NCBI RefSeq assembly: GCF_006345805.1
Contig: NC_042997.1
Coordinates: forward strand, 123,752,001 to 123,816,000
Origin: Octopus sinensis
Lineage: Eukaryota
Reading direction: 5' to 3'
DNA length: 64,000 bases
The position numbers and the translations under genes were made by a program. Below, in pieces: positions 54,539 through 64,000 of this stretch. Numbering within the stretch: position 1 is the first letter of the stretch; every line of letters starts with the position of its first letter. A model generated the notes under the pieces. It saw only the letters and a list, made by a program, of their open reading frames with translations, did no database searches and was not told the origin of the DNA.

Positions 54539-56892
54539 TATAGCTACAAAAATATGTGCGTGTAAACTATAATACGCACACACACACATACATACACACA
54601 CACATACACACACACACACATACCAGGTGAGAGAGAGAACAAAAGAGAGAGTGCGCGAAAGGGAGAGATGGAAATGGAATATCGATATGGCAATAGGTAA
54701 TATATCTAAACATTTAAAAAATATATACATGCAATTGAAAATGGTAATATATACTTACGTATGAGTATGTGTTTGTGTGTGTGTGTGCGCGCGCCTCTAT
54801 ATGTGCCTGTGAATATGTGTGTGTGCATATATGTTTTATTTTCATGTTTATATTGTTCGACGCTATTATAACGCAATATCTACGCAATCTTTCAACATTC
54901 GATAGAGGAATTTTTGTTTTTATATTACATTATGCTTGCAAATTTAAAAGTGAAATTGTTTTAACTATACTGTTCATTGACCATGCAGTCTCTTGACATA
55001 ACTTATCTGGGATTATTCTTGAAAAAAATTAAATTTATAAGGAAAAATTGCATGGAATATTCACTGTTTCTTCATATATAGGAAACAAACACAGTGTAAA
55101 ACAAAGGAAAATATTTCACACTTCATGGGCACTATTTTATAAACATCTGCTCTGATTTATTTAATTAAATTTACATATCTGTTGCTAAGGCACAACTGGG
55201 AAATTTACGCTGTACCTGAAACATATGCCAGTAACTGTTTAGAAGAATTTTCAGAGTTATAGATATTCAATAATTGAAAAATCAATCATTTATATGGTTA
55301 ATAAAATACAGTTTAGATCGAAGTAAAATAGATATTTTCGGTTCAACTGAAATGTAAATAGAATGATGCCTATTCTTCTTTCAGTTGAGTTAGATATTTT
55401 TAAAGTTTCTTCATTCATCTATTTTCGTTTTATATGAAATACAGTATGTCTAATATAGATGCATTATGTTATTATTCAAAGCCGCTTTCCTTAATAAGCC
55501 CTTTTATAGCGGATTACGGAAAACCAATATTCTCATATTTCACTCCTTTAAAAAAAAAAGAAAAAATCATCAAAGTATATTTTGTAAAATCGGTGAAATC
55601 AGATATAGAAATGGAATCGTGAAAATGTTTGTTCAGCAGCGTTATCAGGTTTATGGTGCATAGCCTGCAGCAAATGTAATCTCTTAACAGAGACCAGCAG
55701 CAAATACATTGAAAATAAGTTTAAAACCGGTTACTTACAACATTAAAAAGACATGTGAAAGCTTCAAATTCTATTTGTGTCCTTTTCTACGTCGTTTAAT
55801 CACCAGATATTAAAGACTAAACTAAGTCGCCGAGATAGGGGATGAGGAAGAAAGGAAACAAACGAAAGGGAGAGACAGTGAGATTGAAGAAGAGGCACAA
55901 ACAGCTAAATTCATATTTTATTGGATAGTATAGTTAAGTAACACCGGAGTCAAAGTTTCGTATCCAATCACAGACATTGCGTTCTGTTATACACGATTTC
56001 ACCTTACATGTTCAGCGTTCGATTGTTATTATAAATCAGTGAACCTGACATCAGACGGGTCAGCTCTTCTAGTGTCCGGGTTGTTCTTCAGTGCTAACTT
56101 CAATAGACATGCTACATATGCCATTATATGTAACATTCTATGATCATTAAAACAGAACGGGTGCTCAAAATATTAATGGACTTCGTAATAGGTTCAGCTT
56201 TCAACGTGTTAATTGATTAACCGTTATGATACTTATTCAAACATAATGTACTTTCTAAACATATCTATGCAAAATTATATGTTAGGTACATATATTATCT
56301 TTTTCATCTATCTTTTAAAATTTACACTTGCATTGGGAAAGGTGAACCGGACACGTATTCATTTAATTATACGATCGTGAAAATTATTACGTTACTACGT
56401 GTTTGAAGTTTAATAATATCTTCGCTTTGTCAAAGTAAATACTTGGCCATAGGGATTTAGAAGTTCATTTGCACATGAAGCGCGAGTTTCTCAAACAAGG
56501 TGATTTCAGATTTAGTTGAAATATTCTTTTGCCTACGAGACATGTACAAATCGAGTAGGACAATTTCAGTGATGTACTGGAATTTTACTTAATGAACTCT
56601 AGAAGGATAGAATCACAATGCAAGTACATGTACGTAAATCAATGCGTTAATGAAGCCGAGTAAATATTATTCTGAATGTCAAATAACGTAGTTACATTAT
56701 TGCGTTCTTCATGCGTTGCCTCAGAACATAATCTCAATATAAATTCATTCAGATTTTTTAAAAAGGAATGCTAATGGCAGAGATTATACTAGTAGTTGGC
56801 ACCCAGTGGGTTACGACGACGAGGGTTCAAACTGATCGGATCAACGAAACATCCTGCTCGTGAAATTAACGTGCAAGTGACTGAGTACTCAG

Positions 56893-56959
56893 AAATATTT
56901 CTGAAATAGCACTCAGTGAGTTGGGTAACGTGGACAGATGAATATATATATATATATAT

Positions 56960-57052
<93 letters not shown>

Positions 57053-57075
57053 ATATATATATATATATACGTATA

Positions 57076-57107
<32 letters not shown>

Positions 57108-57119
57108 CATATATATATG

Positions 57120-57153
<34 letters not shown>

Positions 57154-57154
57154 G

Positions 57155-57214
<60 letters not shown>

Positions 57215-57269
57215 CATATATAGGTATATATATATATGTATGTATATATATATATATACACACACACAT

Positions 57270-57306
<37 letters not shown>

Positions 57307-57355
57307 TCATCTGTCCACGTTACCCAACTCACTGAGTGCTATTTCAGAAATATTT
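56893..57355. repeat. 50-bp perfect inverted repeats enclosing a (TA)n-rich tract
   Basis: AAATATTTCTGAAATAGCACTCAGTGAGTTGGGTAACGTGGACAGATGAA and its reverse complement. Confidence 0.9.
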
Positions 57356-58517
57356 GTACTCGGGATGATATATTTTAATAAGGCAGCATATAATACTGCT
57401 CAGCACATGATAACAGCATGATGCTCCTCGTTATTTTCCGACTTATTTTACGTTTCCTCTTCCTTGCAAATAGTCTTCAGTAAACGTAAACATTTTCACC
57501 CTCATCGTTGTCTTATGTAATGAAGTGTATTATGAATCTCCATTTTCTGAACCATTAGTTCTCCTTGACATCAACTATTACATGTCCGAGAGCTATACCA
57601 TAATAATACCTTGGTTGCTATCACAAAATTGTTTGCAAAATTCTGCTGCCAGTCACTAGTAATTTTTAGTCAATTCCTCTACCATTCCTATCAGATACGC
57701 GTATACAATAAATACCATTTATATGTTTCCATTACTTGAGCGCACCACTTATCAAGGTCTCTATTTTCATTTCCATTCATTGGGTCAGCTGATATCCGCT
57801 CAAAATGTACAGCATTAAAAAGAACAAAATCGCACATACTGTCATATCATGATTTTTAGATTAAGCTAACTGGTTTTGTTATCATTAGAGATAGAAATAG
57901 ATATATCGGTTTTAAAGTTTGGCAAAAGGTCAACAATTTTGACGATGCGTGCAGTCGATTACATGAACCCCCGTCTTTAGCTCGTACTTATTTTATCGAC
58001 CCATCCGAAAAGGATAAAAAGCGGAGTTGACCTCTGTGAAATTTGTAGTTAGAATGCCGCTAATCATTATGCCCAGCTTCTTAACAATACTGCCAGCTCG
58101 CCGCCTTACTGGCAATAGATATATTAAACCTTCTACAAAGACATCCCTTATTATGTTTTCTATCCTCACTTCCAAACGACGATTAATATATTCACTCAGC
58201 AGGTTTAGTACAAACCATATGCTATCTTTCTCACTAACATATATGTCATATTCATAAACGATAAATCCCTCATCAGATTCAATACGAAGCTTTAGCCTCA
58301 CTTGTGATAGATATCATAAAAATATTACACATCTTTGCAGTTACAAAGAAAATCAAAGAAAGTTTGGCTTAGAAAATTTATCCACTGATTCTTCCCGTCA
58401 ACTGAGTGCCATAGTATACGATGTATACTAAGTTTCAGTAAATTTAGAAGTATTCACAAACAAAAACAGACTTAACATGCTTATTCTCTCAGAGGGTGAA
58501 AAGGAACACACGAGTTG

Positions 58518-58647
58518 ATATATATGAAAAAACAAGTCAAAATAGAAAATGCTAAAATAATTTTATAAAGAAAATTTCAAATGACCGAAACCGGTACTGA
58601 AATGTTCTTTATAAAATTATTTTAGCATTTTCTATTTTCACTTGTTT

Positions 58648-58659
<12 letters not shown>
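58518..58659. repeat. ~62-bp inverted repeat with 18-nt loop
   Basis: Arms differ by about 2 substitutions and 1 indel; loop AATGACCGAAACCGGTAC. Confidence 0.9.
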
Positions 58660-58678
<19 letters not shown>

Positions 58679-58802
58679 CTTTTCGTCTTTCCTGAGCGTC
58701 CAATAATACTATATTTGTTCCACGTCCTCGCGTTGTTGTGTTTTTTTTGTACTTTCTTGCTTGGATTAAATTTACATATATATATTATATATATATATAT
58801 AT

Positions 58803-58872
<70 letters not shown>

Positions 58873-59637
58873 ACATATACATATATATAAATATACATAT
58901 ATTTCGCCTACGTCTGAGTTGCTTGCCACTGACGTGAGCATCGCGTCCAAAAGTAAAACAGATTTGATTGTAAATATTTTCTTTTTCTTTCTCACTTTGT
59001 CTCTTTTGCCCTCTCCTTCCCTACCTCTCTCTCTCTCTTTCTCTCTCTCTCTCAATCTCTATCTGTCTGTCTGTCCAGCCTGGCTCGATTATATAAAAAA
59101 TGCTGATTGCATTCTTCATCATCAAGTCATTATCTCACCCGTTTATTCTTATTTAGAATTTTGTCTGAAGATGGCTTATATGTCACGATGAAATATATGA
59201 ATACATTAATATAATTCTATCAATACAGCTGCCGTACGTTTTAAACCCAATTTGTCTTCTTTTTTATATGTACGCCACACCTAGAACTAGACCTAAGTCA
59301 GATCTACGGTTTAAATTGGATTTGATGGTTACATATCTACAATATGCTACTAACACCTGATACCTTCTTGGTTCTTTTACCTCACAGTAGCGATGTGTTT
59401 TTGTTTTATTGTACGTAGCCATTTCTGCCGTCTAAGATTCTAATGTACCCTTCACTAACCAATATATTTATATGTGCTTGTATATCTAGAGACACAAATA
59501 CACAGAACGTACGTATGTATCTCTCTCTCTTTTTCTGTCTCTCTCTCTCTTGCTCTTTCTCTCTCTCTTTCTCTATCTGTCTCTCTCTATATATGTATAT
59601 AGGTAGATAGATAAGGGTCTAGATACATTCGTATCTC

Positions 59638-59684
<47 letters not shown>

Positions 59685-60724
59685 TGTATGTATATATGTG
59701 TGTATGTGTGTGTATGAATGTATATATATACACATATATAACTGCATTTGCTTTCACTCCTTATTGTCCCCACCCCCTTTTCTTAGAGCGTATTACATTT
59801 ATACCACTACTACAACATTAACTACTTGTTAAATCTTTGCACGATATTACGTTAAGTAGATCGTGCATTATACTTGACATCACGTGAATTGCTAAATAAT
59901 AAAGGAAAAGAAACAACCGTTCATATTTTTTCCGAAATCATTCTTGTATTTTTTTTGTAGAACTATTCTCAAAAATATTTTTTTCTCTTTTTGTTGTTTT
60001 TGTTTTAGAATTTTATATAAATAAATGGCATGACAAAAGGTAATTGGCTAATAAATGAATTTTCCATTTTCCTCAAGGCACGCAGCGCTGAGAAACAACC
60101 TGAAGATATATTGATTTGTGATGCTCCGAAGAAATATGTATCAAGCGAATGAAGAAGAATGATGTGAAGAATTTTGTCTCGCACGTATGTGATTCTGGGT
60201 TCGGTTCCACTACAGCTATTCGGCATTGGTGCTTCAATATCATCTCCAGTTATCATACGTATGTTTGCTGGCGGTACATCGATTTTTATAAATAAGTATA
60301 TGGGGGTGAATGTATGTGTGTGTGACGATTAAGGTGAAAGGGAAAAAACAACAGGAACACAAGAAGAGATGTTTTGTATTGCATAGACGACGAAAACATA
60401 CTGTTGTGCGGAAATCCTTGAACAACGAGTAAGATATAGAAATAAATGAGCGCACAGGTAGCAAATCCAAAATCAAATTGAAACAAAATTGATTATGCAG
60501 TAGGCAGTCAATCATAGGGAGGGAGAAAGCATAGTGAGGAAAGTTAGAATCAAGTACGGAGTAGAAAAGGAAGGAACAAGAAAAAGTAGGATGGAAGGAA
60601 AGATAGAAAAAGGGTTAATGACAAAAAAAAATGAAAAATGATTTGGGAAAAGTGAAAGTAGTACAGAATGAGGTCACTGTGAAAGAAAGTTTTAATATGG
60701 GGCAAACAAAGAGAAGCAAATGCT

Positions 60725-60908
60725 GGTTTCACAATTTTGGTACAAGGCCAGCAAATTCGGAAGATGGGGTAGTCGATCCCAGCCCGCGATCCGAAATAAT
60801 ATAAAACAAATTCGACGTTGGCAGAATTTGAACTCAGAACGTTTAGATGGACGGAAAGCTGCTATAGCATTTTGCCCGGTGTGCTAAAGATTCTGCCAGC
60901 TCGCCGCC
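60725..60908 (-). mobile_element. SINE of the GGCGGCGAGCTGGCAG family
   Basis: Reverse complement aligns with 54308-54470. Confidence 0.8.
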
Positions 60909-62546
60909 ATAAAAATACACACAAACAAATATTAAACCCAGCAAACCGATTAAGACACACAGAAAAAGACAAATATAGAAGCCATCGGTAAAGTTAATTT
61001 GAAGTTAACGGTTAACATTCACTCAGCATGAGTGAATGTTGACCGTTAACTTCAAATGGATCATAGCAAACGTTAGTGTGGACTAATGTTGAGAGGATAC
61101 GATAACAACAAATGTGACAAAATATACAACTATTGGTAACAACAAAAAATTAAGATTATTGACCTCATGGGATTTTGCTTCTTTTGTTTAAAATTAAAAA
61201 AGATTAAAGAATGATATTATAAAAAATATTTAACGGTAAAAATCATTCGGCTATGTTGTAACAGGTACAAACAATCACAGACGTTTGTTCACATAAAGAA
61301 ATACGATAATAATTCATTAGATGATAGCTCTTTAACTACGTATCTGTGCGTATATGCATGTATGTATCTTCCCCATACAACGCAAGCCTCGATATGTGTA
61401 AATTATGTTTAAGAGAATGGCTAAACATCCTTCCACACCATAACAATGCATTACTTAATAGAGTCTCAGATACAATACTTTCATGTAATAAACACTCAGA
61501 TAATATACTTTCATGTAAACACAGATATTATTCATTTGCCCATTATTATAAATCTATGTAATCCCATAACTATAAGTATTCTTAATTAAATTTACCCTTC
61601 ATATACGACAAGGTCACCCTAGCAACTTATCACCTCAACTAATACCACCCTTCTTATTAAACTAATTTTTCTCATTGTTACCTTTGCAAATTCCCCTAAA
61701 CCACAAACTCTCATCTCCATCATAGTCTACCCACCCTCACAAGTGGTCTTCTTTTTCTTCTGTCATTTCTCCTATTCAACCAAAATCACTTAATACTACA
61801 CCTCTCACTTGGATACCAATCTGTCAACCTCTCTCTGCGTCTCTATTAACCAATAATTTTATACTTATTATCACTAAACTTTAACAAAACAAGTACAAGA
61901 GACTACCATTCATATACTATGTACCCTACCCTGCTCTTCATCTTTCAACTCTTCACCTCTATAACTACTACCTCCCTTAGTACCCCCATTATTAATTGCT
62001 CACTCTTCTTGAACCATCTTTTTTTCTCTTACCATTCCCCCTCTTAATACTGCCAGTCCGTTTCTTAATACAGCTAGCTGTCCACATTTGATATTTCCAT
62101 CTTTAAACTTCTCTGCATTAAAATTTGTACGCTGAATAATTGGACCTATTAATATAAATATATATATTTATACATAATCTGAATGCTTCTACACTTTGCT
62201 TCCTCACGCTTTGCAGGTATTCATGTATACATATTTTGTATTTGATGTATTTAATGCTTAATATATTTGCTGCGTCTAATTTGTTTATCTACCTAATTGC
62301 CTCTATATAAGTATGTAAGTATGTATGTATGTATGTATGTATGTATGTATGTATGTATGTATGTATGTATGTATGTATGTCTGTATGTATGTATGTATGT
62401 ATGTACGTACGTACGTACGTATTTATGTATAGATGTATGTAATATATGCATGTGTGAGTGTGTGTATAAATATACATAGAAATAGACAGGTAGAGATGTA
62501 GATGGATAGAGAGATTGACCGACAGACAGACAGACAGACAGATAGG

Positions 62547-62586
<40 letters not shown>

Positions 62587-62887
62587 GATAGATAGATAGT
62601 TAAATAGATAGGTAGAAAGATAAATAGATAGATAATCAGTTCAGTGATAGTCAGGTTAAATGTAGGATGTATTCGTTTCTACTCTAGGCACAAGTTTCGA
62701 AATTCTATGGGAAGAGGTGGCCAGTCGACTAGATCGACCCAGTGCGCAACTGGTACTTAATTTATCAACCCGGAAAGTCGACCTCGGTGGAATTTGAACT
62801 CAGAACGTAAAGACAGATGAAAATGTAAGATATATTGCTTTAGGTCATTTTATATGTATGCTTTAGACTGCGATAGGTTTTTGTGTA

Positions 62888-62957
<70 letters not shown>

Positions 62958-63736
62958 CACAGCTCGATAAATAAGTGATGGAGAAAATATTGTGTCTGTA
63001 CAACTGAACATGATAAAACCATTGAATGTGTCGCTCAGTAGCGCTCAGTTCAGTGATATACACTGCCTCAGAATTTAAAGTTCAAAGCACAAAAAAGAAT
63101 GCAATGTTTATCGCTTTTGCACAAGGCTAACAATTTCCGACTGGTGGGTAAGTCGATTAAATCGACCCCTTGCTCAATTAGTACGTATGATTTCGACCCT
63201 GTGAGAACGAAAAGCAAAGTCGACCTCGACGAAGTTAGAACTCAGAATGTGAAGATGAATGAAAAACTGACAAGCATTTCACCATCTACAAATTATCGAA
63301 GACAAAAATAACCATATGGAACTTTCCAAAAGTCATCACAAGAAATAACAAGGAAGGAAAAGGTGAAGAGGACACTATAAACAAAAAATAGCATAAAAGA
63401 CTGAAAACGAATACAGTGTTGCCAAGATAGGAAACAAAGGCCACGGAAATAACAATCAATTACTGTTAGCGAGAGTTCTTCTACAACATACATTCATAAA
63501 TACATACATCTTATATATATATATATGTGTGTGTGTGTGGGAAAGTATGTGTAAATATAGATGCTTGTACGTATCCTCATATATATATGTGTGTGTGGTG
63601 TGTATACATACACACATATAAGTTCAAATTTGTGCATGAATTGTGCATCAAAGCGAATGATTTTTCTCCTTTAAAAATGGTTTATCCTGTAACTGGTATA
63701 TCATACACAAATTTATATATATATATATATCATATT

Positions 63737-63904
63737 GCCGCAGGAGTGTCTGTGTGGTAAGGAGCTTGCTTCCCAACCACATGAATCCAAGTTCAGTTCT
63801 TCTGCGTGCCAGTTTCGGGCGTGTGTCTTCTACTATACCCTCGGGCCGACCAAATCCTTGTCAGTGGATTTGGTAGGGGAGAAGTGAAAGGAACACGTCG
63901 TGTA
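63737..63904 (+). mobile_element. tRNA-derived SINE head and body (same family, more diverged)
   Basis: Aligns by eye with 47731-47897. Confidence 0.8.
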
Positions 63905-63906
63905 TA

Positions 63907-63962
<56 letters not shown>

Positions 63963-64000
63963 TATATATATATGCAATTTGACAGATTCTATACAGTTGT

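Noticed and set aside
57993-58301. 102-aa protein-like ORF
   Set aside because: Its C-terminal half is SINE sequence and no motif is recognised in the rest.
59164-59200. CTGAAGATGGC..GTC..GAAA motif
   Set aside because: A 5-nt interruption before GAAA and no clear helix I.
61560-62110. Strand-biased segment resembling a very old RTE LINE (also ~180-420 and ~27990-28700)
   Set aside because: Too degenerate to read diagnostic motifs; needs a profile-HMM search.

Overview
AT-rich, microsatellite-saturated animal genomic DNA. The SINE and repeat families look like those I recall from octopus genomes, so the species assignment is inference. No host protein-coding gene can be identified; nearly all ORFs in the track are microsatellite translations or transposon fragments. 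The window contains: (1) one both-ends-intact but inactivated R4/Dong-clade non-LTR retrotransposon (29831-33185, minus) sitting in a (TAA)n tract, plus about ten R4/Dong fragments, most abutting (AAT)n tracts; (2) two Penelope-like element (PLE) GIY-YIG fragments, one followed by a promoter-like 3' region; (3) three TIR-bounded, decayed Tc1/mariner elements; (4) several tRNA-derived SINEs, a CR1-group fragment and two possible HINE-type elements. Two patterns are not explained by those features. First, a set of hammerhead-ribozyme-like motifs, including a three-copy variant with a compensatory G3-C8 core swap. Second, at least seven fold-back palindromes, several with the same flipped-loop junction, including a ~690-bp GC-rich palindrome of unknown origin directly 5' of a PLE.
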